64,000 bases of DNA. Origin: Nemertoderma westbladi. Its lineage: Eukaryota; Animalia; Xenacoelomorpha. The position numbers and the translations under genes are program-made. Position 1 is the stretch's first letter; each line of letters begins with the position of its first letter. Shown piece after piece: positions 48,959 through 61,100 of this stretch. The stretch covers positions 1-64,000 of the forward strand of contig JAUCBJ010008528.1 of the NCBI GenBank assembly GCA_032718475.1, given 5' to 3'. The notes beneath the pieces were generated by a model. The model did not search any database. It was not told where the DNA came from and saw nothing but the letters and a program-made list of their open reading frames with translations.

Positions 48959-50840
48959 GGTACAGCTCTAACGGTACAGCTCTAACTGTACAGCTCGAAC
49001 GGTACAGGCCGAACGGTACAGCTCTAACGGTACAGCTCGAACGGTACAGTTCTAACGGTACAGCTCGAACGGTACAGGCCGAACGGTACAGCTCTAACGG
49101 TACAGCTCGAACGGTACAGTTCTAACGGAACAGCTCTAACTGTACAGCTCGAACGGTACAGGCCGAACGGTACAGCTCTAACGGTACAGCTCGAACGGTA
49201 CAGTTCTAACGGTACAGCTCTAACTGTACAGCTCTAACGGTACAGCTCTAACGGTACAGCTCGAACGGTACAGCTCTAACTGTACAGCTCGAACGGTACA
49301 GGCCGAACGGTACAGCTCTAACGGTACAGCTCGAACGGTACAGTTCTAACGGTACAGCTCGAACGGTACAGCTCTAACGGTACAGCTCTAACTGTACAGC
49401 TCGAACGGTACAGGCCGAACGGTACAGCTCTAACGGTACAGCTCGAACGGTACAGTTCTAACGGAACAGCTCTAACTGTACAGCTCGAACGGTACAGGCC
49501 GAACGGTACAGCTCTAACGGTACAGCTCGAACGGTACAGTTCTAACGGTACAGCTCTAACGGTACAGCTCGAACGGTACAGGCCGAACGGTACAGCTCGA
49601 ACGGTACAGCTCGAACGGTACAGCTCGAACGGTACAGCTCGAACGGTACAGCTCGAACGGTACAGTTCGAACGGTACAGCTCGAACGGTACAGGCCGAAC
49701 GGTACAGGCCGAACGGTACGGGCCGAACGGTACGGGCCGAACGGCACAGCTCGAACGGTACAGCTCGCGAACGGTGCAGCTCGAACGGTGCAGCTCTAAC
49801 GGTGCAGCTCTAACGGTGCAGCTCTAACGGTACAGCTCTAACGGTACAACTCTAACGGTACAGCTCGAACGGTACAGCTCTAACGGTACAGCTCGAACGG
49901 TACAGCTCGAACGGTACAGCTCGAACGGTACAGCTCGAACGGTACAGCTCGAACGGTACAGCTCTATCGGTACAGCTCGAACGGTACAGCTCGAACGGTA
50001 CGGGCCGAACGGTACAGCTCGAACGGTACTGCTCGAACTTTACTGCTCGAACGGTACAGGCCGAACGGTACAGACCGAACGTTACAGACCGAACGGTACA
50101 GGCCGAACGGTACAGCTCGAACGGTACAGGCCGAACGGTACGGGCCGAACGGCACAGCTCGAGCGGTACTGCTAGAACGGTACTGCTCAAACGGTACAGG
50201 CCGAACGGTAAAGGCCGAACGGTACAGGCCGAACGTTACAGACCGAACGGTACAGGCCGAACGGTACAGCTCGAACGGTACAGCTCGAACGGTACAGGTC
50301 TAACGGCACAGCTCGAACGGTACAGCTCGAACGGTACAGGCCGAACGGCACAGCTCGAACGGTACAGATCGAACGGTACAGCTCGAACGGTACAGCTCAA
50401 ACGGTACAGCTCAAACGGTACAGCTCGAACGGTACTGCTCGAACGGTACTGCTCGAACGGTACTGCTCGAACGGTACAGGCCGAACGGCACAGCTCGAAC
50501 GGTACAGATCGAACGGTACAGCTCGAACGGTACAGCTCAAACGGTACAGCTCAAACGGTACAGCTCGAACGGTACAGCTCGAACGGTACAGCTCGAACGG
50601 TACAGCTCGAACGGTACAGCTCGAACAGTACAGCTCGAACGGTACAGCTCGAACGGTACAGGCCGAACGGTACAGGCCGAACGGCACAGCTCAAACGGTA
50701 CAGCTCGAAAGGTACAGCTCGAACGGTACAGGCCGAACGGTACAGCTCGAACGGTATAGCTCGAACGGTACAGTCCGAACGGTACAGCTCGAACGGTATA
50801 GCTCGAACGGTACAGGCCGAACGGTACAGGCCGAACGTTA
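48959..50840. repeat. 14-bp minisatellite (AACGGTACAGCTCG)n, ~130 copies, intronic
   Basis: Direct tandem array starting inside the donor gtatggtacag. Confidence 0.97.
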
Positions 50841-51072
50841 CAATTTAAGCTTTACAGGTCGAACATAACCTTAGTGTAGTCAGTTTCAATATAGCTAGTA
50901 TTTTTTACTTACATTGTTGTACGAAGCGAAGCGTCACATACCTTCGTATATTTATGAAACCTCCCTCGCTTCGCTCGCTCTGTACATATATACACTCGGA
51001 TCATAACAAACCTACTTTTCACACAATAATTTAAGAATTAGTTATTTATATGAATAAATACATATTATACAG

Positions 51073-51302
51073 ATCTTACTGGATCTTCCTTCCATGACGT
51101 CATTCCGGAGAATGACGCGTTAGCGCCGAGCTCGGAGTTGCAGACACAATACAGCGTCGGCATTGATCCCGCTCCGATATCTGGGGGCGTCCTGAGTGTG
51201 GCCGACCAGGAGTTGAGTCGGTTTGCGTCGCCATCGTTACCAAACATTCGGTTAAACAGGTCGCCGGCTGCTGCAACCAACCCAACCAACTCGCCAATAA
51301 CG
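51073..51302 (+). CDS. HDAC4: HDAC4/5-like exon (SPSLPNI motif)
   Basis: tacag|; translates DLTGSS...LSRFASPSLPNIRLNR...SPIT |gtaagt; phase 1 to 0. Confidence 0.88.
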
Positions 51303-54300
51303 GTAAGTATGTGAGGTGAGGCAGCCAATAACGGTAAGTATGTGAGGTGAGGCAGCCAATAATGGTATGTATGTGAGGTGAGGCAGTCAATAACGGTAAG
51401 TATGTGAGGTGAGGCAACCAATAACGGTAAGTATGTAAGGTGAGGCAGCCAATAACGGTATGTATGTGAGGTGAGGCAGCCAATAACGGTATGTATGTGA
51501 GGTAAGGCAGCCAATAACGGATGTATGTGAGGTGAGGCAGTCAATAACGGTAAGTATGTGAGGTGAGGCAACCAATAACGGTAAGTATGTGAGGTAAGGC
51601 AGCCAATAACGGTATGTATGTGAGGTGAGGCAGCCAATAACGGTAAGTATGTAAGGTGAGGCAGCCAATAACGGTAAGTATGTGAGGTGAGGCAACTAAT
51701 AACGGTATGTATGTGAGGTGAGGCAGCCAATAACGGTATGTATGTGAGGTGAGGCAACTAATAACGGTATGTATGTGAGGTGAGGCAGCCAATAACGGCA
51801 TGTATGTGAGGTGAGGCAGCCAATAACGGTATGTATGTGAGGTGAGGCAACTAATAACGGTATGTATATGAGGTGAGGCAGCCAATAACGGCATGTATGT
51901 GAGGCGAGGCAGCCAATAACGGTATGTATGTGAGGTGAGGCAGCCAATAACGGTAAGTATGTGAGGTGAGGCAACTAATAACGGTATGTATGTGAGGTGA
52001 GGCAGCCAATAACGGCATGTATGTGAGGTGAGGCAGTCAATAACGGTAAGTATGTGAGGTGAGGCAACCAATAACGGTAAGTATGTAAGGTGAGGCAGCC
52101 AATAACGGTATGTATGTGAGGTGAGGCAGCCAATAACGGTATGTATGTGAGGTAAGGCAGCCAATAACGGATGTATGTGAGGTGAGGCAGTCAATAACGG
52201 TAAGTATGTGAGGTGAGGCAACCAATAACGGTAAGTATGTGAGGTAAGGCAGCCAATAACGGTATGTATGTGAGGTGAGGCAGCCAATAACGGTAAGTAT
52301 GTAAGGTGAGGCAGCCAATAACGGTATTTATGTGAGGTGAGGCAGCCAATAACGGATGTATGTGAGGTGAGGCAGTCAATAACGGTAAGTATGTGAGGTG
52401 AGGCAACCAATAACGGTAAGTATGTGAGGTAAGGCAGCCAATAACGGTATGTATGTGAGGTGAGGCAGCCAATAACGGTAAGTATGTTAGGTGAGGCAGC
52501 CAATAACGGTATGTATGTGAGGTGAGGCAGCCAATAACGGTATGTATGTGAGGCGAGGCAGTCAATAACGGTAAGTATGTGAGGTGAGGCAGCCAATAAC
52601 GGTAAGTATGTGAGGTGAGGCAACTAATAACGGTATGTATGTGAGGCGAGGCAGTCAATAGCGGTATGTATGTGAGGTGAGGCAGCCAATAACGGTAAGT
52701 ATGTGAGGTGAGGCAGCCAATAACGGTAAGTATGTGAGGTGAGGCAGCCAATAACGGTGAGTATGTGAGGTGAGGCAGCCAATAACGGTATGTATGTGAG
52801 GTGAGGCAACTAATAACGGTATGTATGTGAGGCGAGGCAGCCAATAACGGCATGTATGTGAGGTGAGGCAGCCAATAATGGTATGTATGTGAGGTGAGGC
52901 AGCCAATAACGGTAAGTATGTGAGGTGAGGCAGCCTATAACGGTATGTATGTGAGGTGAGGCAGCCAATAACGGTATGTATGTGAGGTGAGGCAACTAAT
53001 AACGGTATGTATGTGAGGTGAGGCAGCCAATAACGGCATGTATGTGAGGTGAGGCAGCCAATAACGGTATGTATGTGAGGTCAGGCAACTAATAACGGTA
53101 TGTATGTGAGGTGAGGCAGCCAATAACGGCATGTATGTGAGGTGAGGCAGCCAATAACGGCATGTATGTGAGGTGAGGCAGCCAATAACGGCATGTATGT
53201 GAGGTGAGGCTGCCAATAACGGTATGTATGTGAGGTGAGGCAGCCAATAACGGCATGTATGTGAGGTGAGGCAACTAATAACGGTATGTATGTGAGGCGA
53301 GGCAGCCAATAACGGTATGTATGTGAGGTGAGGCAGCCAATAACGGCATGTATGTGAGGTGAGGCAACTAATAACGGGCCCATTCTCACCAAAATTGGCC
53401 AAAACGGGTGTAAATTTTTCCAAAAAAATTTTTCTCCAGAATATAGTAAACCCATATATTTTCTGAAAGCTCATGATGTCAGAAATTTCATGGGCACCAT
53501 AGTCAAACACTTTTGCGCCGTTGAAAAAATTTATTTGGCATTTAAAACGAGTCCGCCCAGTAATGATTTGTCCGGCCTGTAATGCTTTAACATTTCAATA
53601 TAAATCCATTGTAAATATATCATTATGTCCACGCCCTGTAATGATTTGTCCGGCTTGTAATGCATACATTTCTTGGACAATATATAATAATCCACGCCTA
53701 TAATTATATTTTGAATAGTGAAAGATATACTTTTATTATATTAAACATATATATTACATAGTGAACGTGATCCCAGAGCCTCCTAGAGCCATACATTACC
53801 AGGGGCGGACACCATTACAGGGCCGGACACAGTGATTGATTATTGTCTGTAAATAATTTGCAGTGTGGCTAACCTACATATTTCATACACCCCCTGAAAG
53901 CGCTGAGAAATACGAATCTGGCAGTATTTTTACTAACTCTTATCAGTAATTCTATCACTTTTAAATGGGCAATATCTCACCATTACAGGGGCCGGACAAA
54001 GTGATTGTCACATATACCTTGGTCTACTTAGAAGACGATTACTTGTACGGAAATTAAGCAAATGCGATGAAATTTTAACGTGGTCATCCTGAGAAAATTT
54101 GCTTTCAAATGAATATTTACTTTTAGGATTGCTCTTAAAAAGTTAAGATGAAATGAGCACCATTACAGGGTCGGACATAAAAATCTGAAAAGTGTCGGAC
54201 ACGATGTTAAATGCAGCTGTACGACACCAACTACATTGTACGTATACAAATACTGCTGAAAACGAATCTCCATTTATCCAGCTTTCTAGCGTTATGTTGG

Positions 54301-57201
54301 TTTACTGGTATGACCTTGGGGTTGGAATTTTATAACAGTTTGTTCTACTAGCACTTTGGACCTGGGACATGTGAAAATGCCATTTTGACCATATTTTTGG
54401 CCATATTATGTTCTGCTACAGGAAGAAATGATGTATGTTGGAGCTGAAATTAACTGTACAAAATCTACGCTTCAGCAGCTTTCTTTGAAGCCATAAACCA
54501 CTTTCTAGAACCGCCATAAACAGAAGTTATGGCTTCAGGACACCCGTTTGGCCAATTTTGGTGAGAATGGCCCAACGGTATGTATGTGAGGCGAGGCAGC
54601 CAATAACGGTATGTATGTGAGGTGAGGCAGCCAATAACGGCATGTATGTGAGGTGAGGCAGCCAATAACGGTATGTATGTGAGGTGAGGCAGCCAATAAC
54701 GGTATGTATGTGAGGTGAGGCAGCCAATAACGGCATGTATGTGAGGTGAGGCAACTAATAACGGTATGTATGTGAGGCGAGGCAGCCAATAACGGTATGT
54801 ATGTGAGGTGAGGCAGCCAATAACGGCATGTATGTGAGGTGAGGCAGCCAATAATGGTATGTATGTGAGGTGAGGCAGCCAATAACGGTAAGTATGTGAG
54901 GTGAGGCAGCCAATAACGGTATGTATGTGAGGTGAGGCAGCCAATAACGGTATGTATGTGAGGTGAGGCAACTAATAACGGTATGTATGTGAGGTGAGGC
55001 AGCCAATAACGGTAAGTATGTGAGGTGAGGCAGCCAATAACGGTAAGTATGTGGAGTGAGGCAGCCAATAACGGTATGTATGTGAGGTGAGGCAGCCAAT
55101 AACGGCATGTATGTGAGATGAGGCAGCCAATAACGGCATGTATGTGAGGTGAGGCAGCCAATAACGGTATGTATGTGAGGTGAGGCAACTAATAACGGTA
55201 TGTATGTGAGGTGAGGCAGCCAATAACGGTAAGTATGTGAGGTGAGGCAACCAATAACGGTAAGTATGTGAGGTAAGGCAGCCAATAACGGCATGTATGT
55301 GAGGTGAGGCAGCCAATAACGGTAAGTATGTGAGGTGAGGCAGCCAATAACGGTAAGTATGTGGAGTGAGGCAGCCAATAACGGTATGTATGTGAGGTGA
55401 GGCAGCCAATAACGGCATGTATGTGAGATGAGGCAGCCAATAACGGCATGTATGTGAGGTGAGGCAGCCAATAACGGTATGTATGTGAGGTGAGGCAACT
55501 AATAACGGTATGTATGTGAGGTGAGGCAGCCAATAACGGCATGTGTGTGAGGTGAGGCAGCCAATAACGGTAAGTATGTGAGGTGAGGCAACTAATAACG
55601 GTGTGTATGTGAGGTGAGGCAGCCAATAACGGCATGTATGTGAGGTGAGGCAACTAATAACGGTATGTATGTGAGGTGAGGCAGCCAATAACGGCATGTA
55701 TGTGAGGTGAGGCAGCCAATAACGGTAAGTATGTGAGGTGAGGCATCCAATAACGGTAAGTATGTGAGGTGAGGCAGCCAATAACGGCATGTATGTGAGG
55801 TGAGGCAGCCAATAACGGTAAGTATGTGAGGTGAGGCAGCCAATAACGGTAAGTATGTGAGGTAAGGCAGCCAATAACGGTAAGTATGTGAGGTGAGGCA
55901 GCCAATAACGGTAAGTATGTGAGGTGAGGCAGGCAATAACGGCATGTATGTGAGGTGAGGCAGCCAATAACGGTATGTATGTGAGGTGAGGCAGCCAATA
56001 ACGGCATGTATGTGAGGTGAGGCAGCCAATAACGGTATGTATGTGAGGTGAAGCAACTAATAACGGTATGTATGTGAGGTGAGGCACCCAATAACGGCAT
56101 GTATGTGAGGTGAGGCAGCCAATAACGGTATGTATGTGAGGTGAGGCAACTAATAACGGTATGTATGTGAGGTGAGGCAGCCAATAACGGTATGTATGTG
56201 AGGTGAGGCAGCCAATAACGGCATGTATGTGAGGTGAGGCAGCCAATAACGGTAAGTATGTGAGGTGAGGCAGCCAATAACGGTATGTATGTGAGGTGAG
56301 GCAACTAATAACGGTATGTATGTGAGGTGAGGCAGCCAATAACGGCATGTATGTGAGGTGAGGCAGCCAATAACGGTAAGTATGTGAGGTGAGGCAGCCA
56401 ATAACGGTAAGTATGTGAGGTGAGGCAACTAATAACGGTATGTATGTGAGGTGAGGCAGCCAATAACGGCATGTATGTGAGGTGATGCAGCCAATAACGG
56501 TATGTATGTGAGGTGAGGCAACTAATAACGGTATGTATGTGAGGTGAGGCAGCCAATAACGGCATGTATGTGAGGTGAGGCAACTAATAACGGTATGTAT
56601 GTGAGGCGAGGCAGCCAATAACGGTATGTATGTGAGGTGAGGCAGCCAATAACGGTAAGTATGTGAGGTGAGGCAGCCAATAACGGTATGTATGTGAGGT
56701 GAGGCAACTAATAACGGTATGTATGTGAGGTGAGGCAGCCAATAACGGTATGTATGTGAGGTGAGGTAGTCAATAACGGTAAGTATGTGATGTGAGGCAG
56801 CCAATAACGGTAAGTATGTGAGGTGAGGCAACTAATAACGGTATGTATGTGAGGTGAGGCAGCCAATAACGGTATGTATGTGAGGTGAGGCAACTAATAA
56901 CGGCATGTATGTGAGGTGAGGCAGCCAATAACGGCATGTATGTGAGGTGAGGCAGCCAATAACGGTATGTATGTGAGGTGAGGCAGCCAATAACGGTATG
57001 TATGTGAGGCGAGGCAGCCAATAACGGTATGTATGTGAGGTGAGGCAACTAATAACGGCATGTATGTGAGGTGAGGCAGCCAATAACGGTAAGTATGTGA
57101 GGTGAGGCAGTCAATAACGGCATGTATGTGAGGTGAGGCAGCCAATAACGGCATGTATGTGAGGTGAGGCAGCCAATAACGGCATGTATGTGAGGTGAGG
57201 T
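51294..57201. repeat. 31-bp minisatellite (CCAATAACGGTAAGTATGTGAGGTGAGGCAG)n, ~150 copies
   Basis: Direct tandem array; first unit spans the exon/intron junction. Confidence 0.97.
53376..54573. mobile_element. Non-autonomous DNA transposon (PIF/Harbinger-like) inserted in the 31-bp array
   Basis: ~35-bp TIRs GGGCCCATTCTCACCAAAATTGGCC / GGCCAATTTTGGTGAGAATGGCCC; 3-bp TSD AAC; no ORF. Confidence 0.85.
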
Positions 57202-57641
57202 AGTCTCCTCCTACTTAAAGATAAGTGGGGGAGGTGTTGTATATATATATAGCCCAATCACTATAAACAGAGACACAGTTACGGCCGTTTGGCAGTTTTA
57301 GTAAACAACAATTTTAGTATTGACATTTAGTTAGAAAGAGCATGGTGTTAGCTAGTTTTTTCCACTTTTTTTAAAGTATTGCAGAACTTTATGTTAGCTT
57401 TTCATTAAGAACAAATTAATGTTTTAGAACATGATAATAATATTTTTTAATATAAAATGTTTTTTTATTTAAAACTTGGGGGCGTAAATTCTTCAAAATA
57501 TGAGATTCAAAGGTAGTTGGTTCGGTTGAAAAATGCGTTACCAAGGCAGCTGAGTCTGTTGTAAACTGATAATAGATTGTCAGCGAATAATAAATTAGTA
57601 TAATTAATTAATTATAATTAATTAGTTTTATTATTGAACAG

Positions 57642-57896
57642 AGTCACTCCCTTCACTCGTCCGGGGGCTCGGAGACCTCGTTGCGATCTGCTAACATCGT
57701 GTTCGTAGATCACGGTATTAAACACTCGAGTTTCTACCACCCCTACACGGTAGACCGGGGTCCAGGCCATTTCGGGCGTGGGTTGCCACAGAAACGCCTT
57801 GGAACGGGTCCACATACACCGGGTACGGACTCATTCCAACCTATTAATCGCAACCACAGTCCACTACCACATCACCAAGCTCTGTTGCATCAACAG
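57642..57896 (+). CDS. HDAC4: HDAC4/5-like exon
   Basis: aacag|; open phase-0 frame ending QPINRNHSPLPHHQALLHQQ (compare RPLxRTQSAPLP); |gttgat donor. Confidence 0.7.
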
Positions 57897-58052
57897 GTTG
57901 ATATTTATATTGTATAATATGTGTCTGATATTTTTATCTATTTATTTAAATTGAATATTTTTTACATAGGGAAATAAATATAACAATAACACTATGTCAC
58001 CTCAGGTTAATAAAAGTTTAATAGAATTATTGTTCACAATTTACGTTGTTTA

Positions 58053-58175
58053 GGCTGGGTAGCTCAGTTGGTTGAGCGCCTGGCCTGCAATCTATTGGTT
58101 TTAGGTTCGAGCCATATCAGTGTCCACTCGGCCTTTCATCCCCACTATAATAAAAGGGGAACCAGTTGAATTACT
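58053..58175 (+). mobile_element. tRNA-derived SINE fragment with Deu/Nin-like core
   Basis: A box TAGCTCAGTTGG, B box GGTTCGAGCC, then ACTCGGCCTTTCATCC. Confidence 0.7.
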
Positions 58176-58182
58176 GGATAGA

Positions 58183-61100
58183 CTTTATTGTTTGTTTCCC
58201 TTCGTACTCCATGAGTTTATTGTTTGTTTTCCTACGTACTCCATGAGTTTATTGTTTGTTTCCCTTCGTACTCCATGAGTTTATTGTTTGTTTCCCTTCG
58301 TACTCCATGAGTTTATTGTTTGTCTCCCTACGTACTCCATGAGTTTATTGTTTGTTTCCCTTCCTACTCCATGAGTTTATTGTTTGTTTCCCTTCGTACT
58401 CCATGAGTTTATTGTTTGTTTCCCTTCGTACTCCTCATGAGTTGATTGTTTGTTTCCCTTCGTACTCCATGAGTTGATTGTTTGTTTCCCTTCGTACTCC
58501 TCATGAGTTTATTGTTTGTTTCCCTTCGTACTCCATGAGTTTATTGTTTGTTTCCCTTCGTACTCCATGAGTTGATTGTTTGTTTCCCTTCGTACTCCAT
58601 GAGTTTATTGTTTGTTTCCCTTCGTACTCCATGAGTTTATTGTTTGTTTCCCTTCGTACTCCATGAGTTTATTGTTTGTTTCCCTTCGTACTCCATGAGT
58701 TTATTGTTTGTTTCCCTTCGTACTCCATGAGTTTATTGTTTGTTTCCCTTCGTACTCCATGAGTTTATTGTTTGTTTTCCTACGTACTCCATGAGTTTAT
58801 TGTTTGTTTCCCTTCGTACTCCATGAGTTTATTGTTTGTTTCCCTTCGTACTCCATGAGTTTATTGTTTGTTTCCCTTCGTACTCCATAAGTTTATTGTT
58901 TGTTTCCCTTCGTACTCCATGAGTTTATTGTTTGTTTCCCTTCGTACTCCATGAGTTTATTGTTTGTTTCCCTTCGTACTCCATAAGTTTATTGTTTGTT
59001 ACCCTTCGCACTCCATGAGTTTATTGTTTGTTTCCCTTCGTACTCCATGAGTTTATTGTTTGTTTCCCTTCGTACTCCATAAGTTTATTGTTTGTTTCCC
59101 TTCGTACTCCATGAGTTTATTGTTTGTTTCCCTTCGTACTCCATGAGTTTATTGTTTGTTTTCCTACGTACTCCATGAGTTTATTGTTTGTTTCCCTTCG
59201 TACTCCATGAGTTTATTGTTTGTTTTCCTACGTACTCCATGAGTTTATTGTTTGTTTCCCTTCGTACTCCATGAGTTTATTGTTTGTTTCCCTTCGTACT
59301 CCATGAGTTTATTGTTTGTTACCCTTCGTACTCCATGAGTTTATTGTTTGTTTTCCTACGTACTCCATGAGTTTATTGTTTGTTTCCCTTCGTACTCCAT
59401 GAGTTTATTGTTTGTTTTCCTACGTACTCCATGAGTTTATTGTTTGTTTCTCTTCGTACTCCATGAGTTTATTGTTTGTTTTCCTACGTACTCCATGAGT
59501 TTATTGTTTGTTTCCCTTCGTACTCCATGAGTTTATTGTTTGTTTTCCTGCGTACTCCATGAGTTTATTGTTTGTCTCCCTACGTACTCCATGAGTTTAT
59601 TGTTTGTTTCCCTTCGTACTCCATGAGTTTATTGTTTGTTTTCCTGCGTACTCCATGAGTTTATTGTTTGTCTCCCTACGTACTCCATGAGTTTATTGTT
59701 TGTTTTCCTGCGTACTCCATGAGTTTATTGTTTGTCTCCCTACGTACTCCATGAGTTTATTGTTTGTTTTCCTTCGTACTCCATGAGTTTATTGTTTGTC
59801 TCCCTACGTACTCCATGAGTTTATTGTTTGTTTCCCTACGTACTCCATGAGTTTATTGTTTGTTTCCCTTCGTACTCCATGAGTTTATTGTTTGTTTCCC
59901 TTCGTACTCCATGAGTTTATTGTTTGTTTCCCTTCGTACTCCATGGGTTTATTGTTTGTCTCCCTACGTACTCCATGAGTTTATTGTTTGTTTCCCTTCG
60001 TACTCCATGAGTTTATTGTTTGTTTTCCTGCGTACTCCATGAGTTTATTGTTTGTCTCCCTACGTACTCCATGAGTTTATTGTTTGTTTCCCTTCCTACT
60101 CCATGAGTTGATTGTTTGTTTCCCTTCGTACTCCATGAGTTTATTGTTTGTTTCCCTTCGTACTCCATGAGTTTATTGTTTGTTTCCCTTCGTACTCCAT
60201 GAGTTTATTGTTTGTTTCCCTTCGTACTCCATGAGTTTATTGTTTGTTTCCCTTCGTACTCCATGAGTTTATTGTTTGTTTCCCTTCGTACTTCATAAGT
60301 TTATTGTTTGTTTCCCTTCGTACTCCATGAGCATAAGTTTATTGTTTGTTTCCCTTCCGCGTACTCCATGAGTTGATTGTTTGTTTCCCTTCGTACTCCA
60401 TGAGTTGATGTTTGTTTCCCTTCGTACTTCATGAGTTGATTGTTTGTTTCCCTTCGTACTCCTCATGAGTTTATTGTTTGTTTCCCTTGGTACTCCATGA
60501 GTTTATTGTTTGTTTCCCTTCGTACTCCATGAGTTTATTGTTTGTTTCCCTTCGTACTCCATAAGTTTATTGTTTGTTTCCATTCGTACTCCATGAGTTT
60601 ATTGTTTGTTTCCCTTCGTACTCCATGAGTTTATTGTTTGTTACCCTTCGCACTCCATGAGTTTATTGTTTGTTTCCCTTCGTACTCCATGAGTTTATTG
60701 TTTGTTTCCCTTCGTACTCCATGAGTTTATTGTTTGTTACCCTTCGCACTCCATGAGTTTATTGTTTGTTTCCCTTCGTACTCCATGAGTTGATTGTTTG
60801 TTTCCCTTCGTACTCCATGAGTTGATTGTTTGTTTCCCTTCGTACTTCATGAGTTGATTGTTTGTTTCCCTTCGTACTCCTCATGAGTTGATTGTTTGTT
60901 TCCCTTCGTACTCCATGAGTTTATTGTTTGTTTCCCTTCGTACTCCATGAGTTTATTGTTTGTTTCCCTTTGTACTCCATGAGTTGATTGTTTGTTTCCC
61001 TTCGTACTTCATGAGTTGATTGTTTGTTTCCCTTCGTACTCCTCATGAGTTTATTGTTTGTTTCCCTTCGCACTCATGAGTTTATTGTTTGTATTCCTTC

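Noticed and set aside
49556-50687. VPFELYR repeat ORFs
   Set aside because: Artefact of the 14-bp minisatellite
51065-57154. Long minus-strand ORFs (PHLTYIPLLAAS...)
   Set aside because: Translation artefacts of the 31-bp repeat; the real exon is on the plus strand
58053-58125. Functional tRNA gene
   Set aside because: A and B boxes are present, but the acceptor stem does not pair and a SINE core follows
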